Part shown: one piece after another, positions 19,946 to 30,965 of the stretch
Numbering within the stretch: position 1 is the stretch's first letter
How the letters are laid out: the number at the start of each line of letters is the position of its first letter
Origin: Campylobacteraceae bacterium
GTDB taxonomy: Bacteria > Campylobacterota > Campylobacteria > Campylobacterales > Campylobacteraceae
Length of the DNA: 59,964 nt
Direction: 5' to 3'
Assembly: GCA_031255525.1 (NCBI GenBank)
Contig: JAIRSJ010000095.1
Location: forward strand, 1 to 59,964
Translations under genes and position numbers: made by a program
Notes under the pieces: generated by a model
The model's input: only the letters and a program-made list of their open reading frames with translations
Told to the model about the DNA's origin: nothing
Databases searched by the model: none

Positions 19946-22091
19946 AATAGTCGCGTGCGTAATTTTGGCTGCGAATTTAAACGCCCAAAATGTCAACGGC
20001 ACTGCTTCGCCGAATAATTCAACTATTGAGATAAACTTTAGAGATTTGGAAATTACAGATTTTATAAGGCTTGTATCAAATGTCTTGAACAAAAATATAC
20101 TACTTCAAGATGCCGTTGGCGGTAAAGTGGAGTTTGTTTCCACAAAGCCCGTAAACAAGCAGGATCTGCCAAACATACTCCAGTCCGTTCTTGCCACAAA
20201 AGGCTATACCATGATAGACCACGGCACATACATGGAGGTGGTAAGAAGCAATGTAGTTTCGCAATACAATTTACCGTTGGTAGATAAATCGGCCTCGGGT
20301 TATACTCAAATGGTCACGCAAACTATAAGTATTAAAGGGCTAAATGCCGACGAAGTTGTAAATAAAATAAGATATCTCGCCTCTATAGCTGCAAAAATTG
20401 CAACTGTTAGAGAAAATAACATGATTGTTATAACGGATTTTCCCAAAAATATAGAAACCATAAGAAAAGTTATAACTCTTATGGAAAAAAATGTTGCTTC
20501 GGAAGTGGCATTTATCAAAATGTACAATGCCAACATAGAGCAGATTTTTCCTGTATTGCAATCAATTTCAAGAAGTGTTTTTAATGAAAGAATTGAAAGC
20601 GAAAAAGTGGCATTGTATGAAAATAAAGCCGATAACGGAGTTATTGCTGTGGGTTCGTCGGCAAATGTAAAAAAGCTAAAAGAGATTGTAGCCAATTTGG
20701 ATAAAGGACAAGAATCGTTCCAGATGGTAACAAGAGTCATACAGTTAAATAATACCGAAGCCAAAGATATTCATAAAATAATAAGCGAACTTGTCTCTTC
20801 AAACGCATTAACAGCGGCATCTTCTTCAAATGGCTTGCCTTCGGCAAATCAAACAATACAAAATTTAAAAGCGACAGATGTGGGCAAACCGGTATTTTCT
20901 ATAGATGAAGCCAGTAACTCTATTGTTGTTTTTGCCACACAAAAAGATTATGAAATCATAAAAAACATAATATCCGAACTTGATAAAGAGCAAAAACAGG
21001 TTTTCGTTAAAGCGAAAATTGTTGAGATTAGTGAAGCTGCTTCACAAAAAATAGGCGTAAAATACGGACTTGAAGGCGGAAGAGCTACATCGGACGGACT
21101 TTACACATTTGCCATGAACATGGGAGGAAGCGCGCTTGCTTTATCGCCTATATTAAGTTCTGTCATAAGCATAGGAGATATCAAATCCGGTCTGGCGTTC
21201 GGCGCTTCTATAGATTTTTTAAAGTCAAACGGCGCGGCAAATATTATCTCCGAACCGTCCGTTTTATGTTTAAACAATATGGAGTCAAAAATATATGTAG
21301 GTCAGACGCAATCCATCATAACAAGCGCTACTAACCCGGATAGTACTACCGATTTAAGCAGAAGTACATATACGAGAGAAGATATAGGTTTGACTTTGCA
21401 AGTAAAACCAAGAATAGCAAACGACGGAAAAGTCACTTTGCAGATAGAAGCTACGGTAGAAGATGTTTTGGACGGCAGCGGCGGCGACAGCGGTATGCCT
21501 ACTACAACAAAAAGGGAAGTTTCCACAAGAGCCATAGTAAAACACGGGGAGAGCGTCATAGTGGGAGGACTCATCCGCAATAAAGTTACCGAAAACGACA
21601 TAAAAGTTCCGCTTTTGGGAAATATACCGCTTTTGGGGCGTCTTTTCACACACAAAACAGATGTTGATGATCAGCTAAATATCGTTATTGTTTTAACTCC
21701 GTATATAATAAACTCGAGTGACGAATTATCACAATTAAGAGTGCAGTTATCCGAGCTTGACCAGCTTCAAGATGCTTATACCAAACAGTTAAAAGAAGAG
21801 CTTCTGAAAAAGATGGGTAACGTCTCGGAACCTGAAAACTTGAACGATGTCGTAGAATCTAAAAACACGAACTATACCATAGAACCAAAAAATACAAATG
21901 ATGTTTTAGAGCCTACTATGGAAGCAGATAATGTTTCGGCACCTGAGATAATAAACGATATTTCAGAACCTGTCAAAGAACCGGACAACATTTTGGAACC
22001 CAAAAAGAGAAAAGGCACAGTCAGCAATAGTGTGCAATTTGGCAGCAGTGAATACTGGAACAATATAATACTCAAAGGAGATGGTTCCTGA
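19932..22091 (+). CDS. gspD: type II secretion outer-membrane secretin GspD
   Basis: Signal peptide MRFIKIVACVILAANLNA, N0-like IEINFRDLEITDFIRLVSNVL, and secretin core VPLLGNIPLLGRLF...IVIVLTPYI. GGAG RBS before the ATG at 19932 (the track uses TTG 19926). Confidence 0.9.
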   Translation: MRFIKIVACVILAANLNAQNVNGTASPNNSTIEINFRDLEITDFIRLVSNVLNKNILLQDAVGGKVEFVSTKPVNKQDLPNILQSVLATKGYTMIDHGTYMEVVRSNVVSQYNLPLVDKSASGYTQMVTQTISIKGLNADEVVNKIRYLASIAAKIATVRENNMIVITDFPKNIETIRKVITLMEKNVASEVAFIKMYNANIEQIFPVLQSISRSVFNERIESEKVALYENKADNGVIAVGSSANVKKLKEIVANLDKGQESFQMVTRVIQLNNTEAKDIHKIISELVSSNALTAASSSNGLPSANQTIQNLKATDVGKPVFSIDEASNSIVVFATQKDYEIIKNIISELDKEQKQVFVKAKIVEISEAASQKIGVKYGLEGGRATSDGLYTFAMNMGGSALALSPILSSVISIGDIKSGLAFGASIDFLKSNGAANIISEPSVLCLNNMESKIYVGQTQSIITSATNPDSTTDLSRSTYTREDIGLTLQVKPRIANDGKVTLQIEATVEDVLDGSGGDSGMPTTTKREVSTRAIVKHGESVIVGGLIRNKVTENDIKVPLLGNIPLLGRLFTHKTDVDDQLNIVIVLTPYIINSSDELSQLRVQLSELDQLQDAYTKQLKEELLKKMGNVSEPENLNDVVESKNTNYTIEPKNTNDVLEPTMEADNVSAPEIINDISEPVKEPDNILEPKKRKGTVSNSVQFGSSEYWNNIILKGDGS

Positions 22092-23614
22092 TGGACGATA
22101 TAGAACATATTCACGACACAAATTTAGAGCCTTTTGAAATAGAGTCCGAAGAGCTCAATATAGCCCTCAAAAACTATGTGCTTTTTTCAAAAATAGGAGA
22201 TGTTTTATGTGCGTGCATTACGGAAAATTATATAGATGTGGCTTTTGAATATCTCTCCAAACAAGGCTTGAAATATAAAGTTATATTTTTAGACGAAGAG
22301 TCTTACGATAGGCTTTTAAATAAATTTTTAGAACTTAGAACCGACAAAGAGCTTGGCTCTATAGATAGAAATGCCGAAGAAGAAGCCAATATCGATGAAA
22401 ATATGAATTTAACGGAGTTTCTAAGAAATTCCGGTGATATTTTGACGTCCGAAGAGTCTGCACCGATTATCAAATTTGTAAACTCGCTTTTTTATCAGGC
22501 TATCAAAAAACGCTCAAGCGATATTCATATAGAGATGCATGAATTTAAAGGCGAAATACGCTTTCGTATAGACGGCGTATTGACAAAACATATAGAGCTT
22601 GAAAAAAATATCTTGAATCTTGTCATAAGCCGTATAAAAGTCATATCAAATCTTGATATCTCCGAAAAACGTATTCCTCAAGACGGCAGAACACAGATAA
22701 AGATAGCAGGACGCACATTGGATATCCGCGTCTCTATATTGCCTGTATATTACGGTGAAAGAGTTGTTATGCGTATTTTGATGGATTCCACGCAAATTCC
22801 TTCGCTGTTTGAGCTTGGTTTCACCGACGATTTGATAAACGGACTAAATAGTATTTTGCAATATTCGCATGGCATAATTTTAGTAACCGGACCAACCGGC
22901 AGCGGTAAATCAACCACTTTGCATTCGTTTTTGCAAAGATTGGCATCTCCGGAAAAAAATATTATCACGATAGAAGACCCCGTAGAATATAAGACAAACA
23001 ATATAAATCAGATTCAAGTAAATAGCAAAGTGGGGCTTACATTTGCAACAGGACTTCGCTCCATACTAAGACAAGATCCCGATATAGTCATGGTAGGCGA
23101 AATACGCGACAATGAGACTGCATCTATAGCTACACAAGCGGCTCTTACAGGGCATTTGGTTTTATCTACGCTGCATACAAACAACGCTACAGCCGCCATA
23201 ACAAGACTTGTGGACATGAAAATAGAGCCGTTTTTAATATCTTCTACACTACTTGCCGTGCTGGCTCAAAGACTTGTGCGGTTACTATGTCCTTATTGCA
23301 AAACAGAGGATAAGATAGCAGAAGATTATGCAAATCAATTTTCGCTCAAAAAAAATGCTATTATCTACAAAGCCAACGGTTGTAAAAAATGCAACTACAC
23401 AGGATATATAGGAAGGCAAGCCGTAGGGGAGCTGCTCGTGATGAATGATGATGTCAAAACGATACTCAAAACTACGACAAACGACTATCAGATCCGCTCC
23501 TTTACCAAAGAAAACGGTATGGTATTTCTCTCGCATAGATTGAAACAGCTGTTGCACGAAGGAAAGATATCGCTTGATGAGGCGATAAGAATCGGAATAA
23601 AAGACGATGACTAA
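22091..23614 (+). CDS. gspE: type II secretion ATPase GspE
   Basis: Walker A GPTGSGKST, RQDPDIVMVGEIRD, His box LVLSTLHTN, and the tetracysteine site CPYC...CKKC. The ATG overlaps the gspD TGA. Confidence 0.93.
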   Translation: MDDIEHIHDTNLEPFEIESEELNIALKNYVLFSKIGDVLCACITENYIDVAFEYLSKQGLKYKVIFLDEESYDRLLNKFLELRTDKELGSIDRNAEEEANIDENMNLTEFLRNSGDILTSEESAPIIKFVNSLFYQAIKKRSSDIHIEMHEFKGEIRFRIDGVLTKHIELEKNILNLVISRIKVISNLDISEKRIPQDGRTQIKIAGRTLDIRVSILPVYYGERVVMRILMDSTQIPSLFELGFTDDLINGLNSILQYSHGIILVTGPTGSGKSTTLHSFLQRLASPEKNIITIEDPVEYKTNNINQIQVNSKVGLTFATGLRSILRQDPDIVMVGEIRDNETASIATQAALTGHLVLSTLHTNNATAAITRLVDMKIEPFLISSTLLAVLAQRLVRLLCPYCKTEDKIAEDYANQFSLKKNAIIYKANGCKKCNYTGYIGRQAVGELLVMNDDVKTILKTTTNDYQIRSFTKENGMVFLSHRLKQLLHEGKISLDEAIRIGIKDDD

Positions 23615-24035
23615 GGCTTTTACGCTCGTAGAAGTTTTGATAGCTGTCGCTATTGTGTTCACAGCAGGTCTTGGACTTTTAAAAGTAAGCTCGAATAGTT
23701 CAAAACTCATAGGTTATGCAAAAGTCAAAAACGAAGCAAATTCTCTTTTTTCTTTTGTAATTTTAAACGGTATTTGCATTGATGGTATTGATAAAAATAT
23801 GTACGATGTAGTCAAAACCAAATTTACGATAAAAGACGATAAACTTGTATCGGTTTTAAAAGAACAAAACCTCACATGTGAGAGCGAAGAGATTTTTAAT
23901 ATGGATTTAGCGGACAGCAAAGATATAGAAGAGACTTTAGATAATATACCCAAAATGGAGTTTATTATAAATAAAATCAGCGCAAACATAAAAGGTATTA
24001 ATACGCTGGGGTATGAGATAAAGGCCAACATGTGA
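23607..24035 (+). CDS. minor pseudopilin, GspI-like
   Basis: MTKAFTLVEVLIAVAIVF prepilin N-terminus. 142 aa. Overlaps the gspE 3' end by 8 nt. Confidence 0.55.
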   Translation: MTKAFTLVEVLIAVAIVFTAGLGLLKVSSNSSKLIGYAKVKNEANSLFSFVILNGICIDGIDKNMYDVVKTKFTIKDDKLVSVLKEQNLTCESEEIFNMDLADSKDIEETLDNIPKMEFIINKISANIKGINTLGYEIKANM

Positions 24036-24568
24036 AAAGGGCTTTCACGCTCATTGAAGTAGTCATATCGATAGCTATATTTTCTATTATGGCTGTGTAT
24101 TTATATCAAGCCATAAATACTATGCAAAAAAGCAATGATATCAACTCTTTACATTATGAAGAAGAGATAAAAGAGCAAAAAATAGTGAAGCTTTTTTATA
24201 ACGATCTGTTTTTGCAAACAAATGTGTATGCCGTCTCAAACATAACAAGCGATGATGATTTTGACATTTTTCGGCTGCATACCAGAAACTCTATACATGC
24301 AATGATAAATCCGTATGTAGCGTATTTTGTCAAGGATAACTCTTTGTACAGAATAGAATCAAGAGAAGTTGAAAATATTCCTTTGACTTATGAAGGCGCA
24401 GAACGCGTTAAGGTAGATAAGCTTATGGAAAATATAACTCTTTTCCGCATATATGCGAACAAAAACTCTTATCTTATCAGCTATCAAAGCGAAGAAAAAT
24501 TTACCATATTTCAGATATCTTTACCTCAAGTCTCCGCTGATTCCAATAACACACCAAATAATAATTAA
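24032..24568 (+). CDS. minor pseudopilin, GspJ-like
   Basis: GTG start overlapping the preceding TGA. MKRAFTLIEVVISIAIFSIMAVYLYQ. 178 aa. Confidence 0.55.
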   Translation: MKRAFTLIEVVISIAIFSIMAVYLYQAINTMQKSNDINSLHYEEEIKEQKIVKLFYNDLFLQTNVYAVSNITSDDDFDIFRLHTRNSIHAMINPYVAYFVKDNSLYRIESREVENIPLTYEGAERVKVDKLMENITLFRIYANKNSYLISYQSEEKFTIFQISLPQVSADSNNTPNNN

Positions 24569-24584
24569 ATCGCTTGCTTTTAAA

Positions 24585-24593
24585 TGGTATAAT
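24585..24593 (+). promoter_or_regulatory. extended -10 promoter element for the aldo/keto reductase gene
   Basis: TGGTATAAT ends 26 nt upstream of the ATG at 24620, with an ACGGAG RBS between them. Confidence 0.4.
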
Positions 24594-24619
24594 TTGATGA
24601 AATTATTACGGAGATAGAT

Positions 24620-25459
24620 ATGAATATCAAAAGCACAATCACTTTAAACAATGGTATAAAGATGCCTGTTTTTGGCTTTGGAGTCTGGCAAATCAAAGAT
24701 GGACAAGATGTTACTAATGCTGTCGGCGAAGCTATAAAAACAGGATATCAGCTTATAGACACGGCCGCTATTTACGAAAATGAAAAGGGTGTAGGCGAAG
24801 CCCTTAAAGGTACAAAAAGGGAAGAAATTTTTGTAACCACGAAAGTTTGGAATGAGGAGCAAGGTTACGATACTACGCTGAAAGCTTGCGAAAATAGCCT
24901 AAAAAGGCTTGGGCTTGATTATGTGGATTTATATCTTGTCCATTGGCCTGTAGCAGGCAAACTAAACGATACATGGAAAGCTATGGAAAAAATCTACGAA
25001 AGTAAACTTGCCAGAGCCATAGGAGTCAGTAATTTTTATGAATATCATTTGCGTGAGATTCTTAAAACAGCTCAAATCAAGCCATCTGTAAATCAAATAG
25101 AGATTCACCCTGTTTTATCTCAAAAAGAAACTCGAGAATTTTGCAAAAAAGAGAATATTGCCATCGAGGCTTACTCTCCGCTTGGGCGAGCTAAAATACT
25201 TAACATACCACAAATTGCCGCTATCGCTAAAAAGTATGGCAAGACGCCTGCGCAAGTAATTTTAAGATGGCATTTACAAAACGATATTATTCCCATACCA
25301 AAATCGCTACACGCTGAGCGAATAAGAGAAAACGCCGATATTTTTGATTTTGAATTAAATCAACAAGAGATAGCAACAATAGACGCATTAAATAGAAATG
25401 AGAAAGCTATTAAGGGCGTATTTTTCAAGTTTGATGAACACAAAAGCGTAATACTCTAA
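24620..25459 (+). CDS. aldo/keto reductase (DkgA-like)
   Basis: 279 aa. LIDTAAIYENEKGVGEAL, DLYLVHWP, and IPIPKS, which are AKR family signatures. Confidence 0.88.
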   Translation: MNIKSTITLNNGIKMPVFGFGVWQIKDGQDVTNAVGEAIKTGYQLIDTAAIYENEKGVGEALKGTKREEIFVTTKVWNEEQGYDTTLKACENSLKRLGLDYVDLYLVHWPVAGKLNDTWKAMEKIYESKLARAIGVSNFYEYHLREILKTAQIKPSVNQIEIHPVLSQKETREFCKKENIAIEAYSPLGRAKILNIPQIAAIAKKYGKTPAQVILRWHLQNDIIPIPKSLHAERIRENADIFDFELNQQEIATIDALNRNEKAIKGVFFKFDEHKSVIL

Positions 25460-25884
25460 AGTGTGAAAACACAGCGGATCTGAAGATGTTTGAGAATTTG
25501 CGATAATAAATCAGAAAATATGTGCGCGATACTATCATGATTGAATAGTTTAAGTATCTTCCCTTTTGCTTGCTTTAGAGGTGAATAATAACTTTTTTAG
25601 TTCAACCCGATCATCAAATTTTTAAACGTTTAAAAATTTATCCATTTTTGAATATTCGACATAGAGCTCCTGTGCTTGCAAACCAAAATTTTATAAACCG
25701 AATATTAGATTTTCAGTAAAAACCATTTAAGTTCAAAACCTTGCGAGCAAATGCGAACTCACTGTGAGATATTGATATGATTTCCAAAAACATACCGTAT
25801 AAAATTTATAATTTTATAAAACTCTTATCAGCTGCAAAGGTATTGTTAGGTAAAATTTAATTTCATTTTTTTTAAGGGTTTGAA

Positions 25885-26993
25885 ATGTTGCTTTTTACAC
25901 CGGGACCTACCCCTTCTCCTGAAGCTATAAGAGTAGCCATGAGCGTTCCTACCATTCATCACAGAACGCCCGAATTTGAAGAAATTTTTAAAGTTGTCAG
26001 AGAAAAGTTAATGAAAATTATGAATATGCCCGAAGTTCTCATGCTTGCTTCAAGCGGAACAGGCGCTATGGAGGCAGCCGTTACAAATCTTTGTAAATCA
26101 CGTGCCTTGAGTATAAATGCAGGAAAATTCGGTGAAAGATTCGGCAAAATCTGCAAAGCTTTTGATATTGCATACACGGAATTAAAATACGACTGGGACA
26201 CTCCGGCATCCATCGAGGATATATTGCATGCAATAAAAAGCAATCCGTCAATAGATGCGCTTTGCATACAGATATGTGAAAGTGCCGGAGGAGTTCGTCA
26301 TGATGTGGAAAAAATCGCAAAAGCCGTAAAGGACGTAAACAAAAATATTATGATAATAGCAGATGGCATAACTGCGGTTGGTGTTGAAAAAATAGATACC
26401 ACACACATAGACGCTCTTATCACAGGGAGCCAAAAAGCCTTTATGTTGCCTCCCGGACTCTCAATGATAGGCTTAAGTAAAAACGCACTCTTGAAAATAG
26501 AACAATCATCCAAAGGTTTTTATTTTAATCTCGCAAACGAACTTAAAAATCAAAGAAAAAATACCACAGCTTACACGGCGGCGACAACGCTTATTATAGG
26601 TTTGAAAGCGATGCTCGAAATTATTGAAAATATAGGGCTTGAGAATTTTTACACAAATACAAAAATGAGGGCGCAAGCTGTGAATGCCGCACTTGAAGCT
26701 ATTGGACTTAAAATTTATCCCAAAACGCCATCATTTGCCATGAGCACTGTTTATGATGAAAGAGCGAAAGAGATAAGAAGTATTGCCAAGAAAAAGTATA
26801 GTGTAAATATCGCCGGCGGACAAGACGAGCTCAAAGATAAACTTTTTCGTATAAATAATATGGGTTTGATAGATTCTTATGAGATAGCATGGGCATTAAA
26901 TGCCGTAGAATTAGCTCTTGACGAACTTGATATAAGGGCTTACGATGGTACGGCAAACCGTGTTTTCTCATTAAAAATTTTCAAAGGCGCACA

Positions 26994-26997
<4 letters not shown>
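25885..26997 (+). CDS. class V pyridoxal-phosphate aminotransferase (serine-pyruvate/AGXT-like)
   Basis: MLLFTPGPTP..., SGTGAMEAA, and the PLP-lysine context TGSQKAFMLPPGL. Confidence 0.8.
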
Positions 26998-29103
<2,106 letters not shown>

Positions 29104-29133
29104 AAACTCAAACTTGTTTTGCTCTTTGCAAAA

Positions 29134-29170
29134 AGTCTACATACAAAAAAATAAAACTTATATGTAGACT
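29134..29170 (+). terminator. hairpin terminator after purA
   Basis: AGTCTACATA-17 nt-TATGTAGACT followed by TTTCT, 31 nt after the purA stop. Confidence 0.5.
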
Positions 29171-29501
29171 TTCTATCAGATTAGTGCTAATTTGTCCTTG
29201 ATAAATATGGGTGTTTAAAAATTTCAGTACTGAAAGAAGCCAAAATCACCACCAAGCAACCACAACAAAAATCCAACTTAATAAAACCTCCGCTTTGTTT
29301 TTTCAAAATCCTTTTTTGAGACAAGAGATTATATGTCTCATATCAGATGATAGATTTAAATATTTGTGTATTGTATATTCATGCGCAATACAAGTCTTAA
29401 ATATAGAATTTGACAATTTGCGTTTATTTCGTTAAAGGACAATTATGCTAAAAAGCCATGGTACCAATGGTTTTTTTTGCATAAAATATTGTATGCAAAT
29501 A

Positions 29502-29993
29502 TCAAATTAGTTCAAGTTCCCTGTTTTTCATCACTCCAATACCCCTTTTTAACACTTGTTTGGCTATCTTTTTGGCTTGTTTCAAAGAGTGCAATTTGTA
29601 TGTACCGCACTGATATATATTAAGTTCGGGAATGTCTTTTTTGCGCTTTACTTTTAAAATGTCTTTCATCGCAGCTTCCCATGCTACCGCCACATCTTTC
29701 TCTTTAGGACTTCCTATAAGGCTCATATAAAATCCCGTCCTGCAACCCATAGGAGAAATATCTATTATCTCTACTTTATCGCCATTTAAATGCTGTCTTA
29801 AAAATCCGGCAAAAAGATGCTCTAACGTATGAATACCTTTAGGACTCAATATCTCCTTGTTCGGTCTGCAAAAACGCAAATCAAAAACAGTGATCTTGTC
29901 TCCTCCGTTTGGAGTTTTCATAGTTTTTGCTACTCTAACTGCAGGCGCCGTCATTTTTGTATGATCAACTTTAAAACTGTCAAGAAGCGGCAT
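29502..29993 (-). CDS. luxS: S-ribosylhomocysteine lyase
   Basis: AAGGAGG RBS plus ATG at 29993 ([14 protein letters not shown]). The metal-site motif HTLEHL is present, with the second site Cys in the YQCGTY context. Confidence 0.95.
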   Translation of the reverse strand: MPLLDSFKVDHTKMTAPAVRVAKTMKTPNGGDKITVFDLRFCRPNKEILSPKGIHTLEHLFAGFLRQHLNGDKVEIIDISPMGCRTGFYMSLIGSPKEKDVAVAWEAAMKDILKVKRKKDIPELNIYQCGTYKLHSLKQAKKIAKQVLKRGIGVMKNRELELI

Positions 29994-30110
29994 ATTATCC
30001 TCCTTGTTTTTCACAATTTTTTTTATAAAAATTTGAAAGAATTATATCAAAAAAGTAATGTTTATATTACTTTTCGATATACTAAAATCAGAACAAGACA
30101 AGGAGTTTAC

Positions 30111-30926
30111 ATGGAGCAGATTGTAGCAGCTTTAGCCATGCACGAAAGTGATTTGTATGTAATAGAAAAAAGTGAGGAGTTGCGCAAAAGAACAGGCGCG
30201 AAAGTGACCTATGTACACGCTGTAGTCTCAAGGTTTTTAGGTAAAAGTACAGATATAGTCAAAATCAAAGAAGAACTTCAAAACTTTGTCAAAAAAACAG
30301 CCGATATCAATGATGACGATATCGTGGTAAGTATATCAAGCGGCTGGGAGCTTATCTTAAAAACAGTAAAAGAAAAAGATGCCGATCTTGTTGTGCTTGG
30401 AAATATGAGCAAATCGCACGCTGTTTTATATCTGGGTTCAACAGTTAAAAAAGTACTTGAAAGAATAGGAGCTCCTGTATTTATAGCAAGAAGCAAGCCT
30501 CTTGATAATAAAATACTCATTCCGACAGACCTTGGCGACTATACTATGAAAGCTTCGGTTGTCAAAAAATTTTTAAAATCAAACGCACCTGTCTCTTATG
30601 TTTACGCGGACGCGTCTGCTTTCGGCGAAATAGCGACACCATACACTACGCTTGCCGCGTATTCCGTAGAATATATGCAAGAAGAGATGGAAAAGCAGCT
30701 CAAAGAGTTCAAAAAAAACAGAACTGACGCGCCTATCGCGATATTGGAAGTGGAAGAGAGCGTTTCTGAGGCTATTAAAAAATATGCGCAAGAAAACGAC
30801 TATACACTAATGGTTTTGGCTTCAAGAAATATAGCGGGGTTAAATCCCATAATTTTCGGCAGTACAGCTTCAAAAATAGCGCAAATAGTAGACGCGAATC
30901 TCCTGATAACCTTTGTGGAGGAGTAA
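30111..30926 (+). CDS. tandem-domain universal stress protein (UspA family)
   Basis: AAGGAG RBS plus ATG at 30111. Contains two USP-like halves, ending GSTVKKVLERIGAPVFI and GSTASKIAQIVDANLLI. The upstream part of the track ORF overlaps luxS antisense. Confidence 0.75.
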   Translation: MEQIVAALAMHESDLYVIEKSEELRKRTGAKVTYVHAVVSRFLGKSTDIVKIKEELQNFVKKTADINDDDIVVSISSGWELILKTVKEKDADLVVLGNMSKSHAVLYLGSTVKKVLERIGAPVFIARSKPLDNKILIPTDLGDYTMKASVVKKFLKSNAPVSYVYADASAFGEIATPYTTLAAYSVEYMQEEMEKQLKEFKKNRTDAPIAILEVEESVSEAIKKYAQENDYTLMVLASRNIAGLNPIIFGSTASKIAQIVDANLLITFVEE

Positions 30927-30958
30927 AATTTCGGAAGGAGTATCTCCTTCCGAAATTT
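30926..30958. terminator. bidirectional intrinsic terminator between usp and the flavodoxin paralog
   Basis: Perfect inverted repeat AAATTTCGGAAGGAG-TAT-CTCCTTCCGAAATTT (15-bp arms). The A/T flanks allow it to function on both strands between convergent genes. Confidence 0.75.
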
Positions 30959-30965
30959 AGCTTAT

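Noticed and set aside
13609-25884. Classic integrase-bearing genomic island at ssrA.
   Set aside because: I could find no integrase, excisionase or mobility gene, and no direct repeat of the ssrA 3' end, at the distal side of the T2SS block. It is retained only as a low-confidence 'ancient acquisition' hypothesis in the findings.
29211-29435. 74-aa plus-strand ORF between purA and luxS.
   Set aside because: It has a GTG start without an RBS, and its His/Gln/Thr-rich composition is driven by a C/A-rich tract. It is not protein-like.
29829-30110. 94-codon N-terminal extension of the universal stress protein ORF.
   Set aside because: It overlaps luxS antisense. A strong AAGGAG RBS plus ATG at 30111 starts the USP-homologous part.
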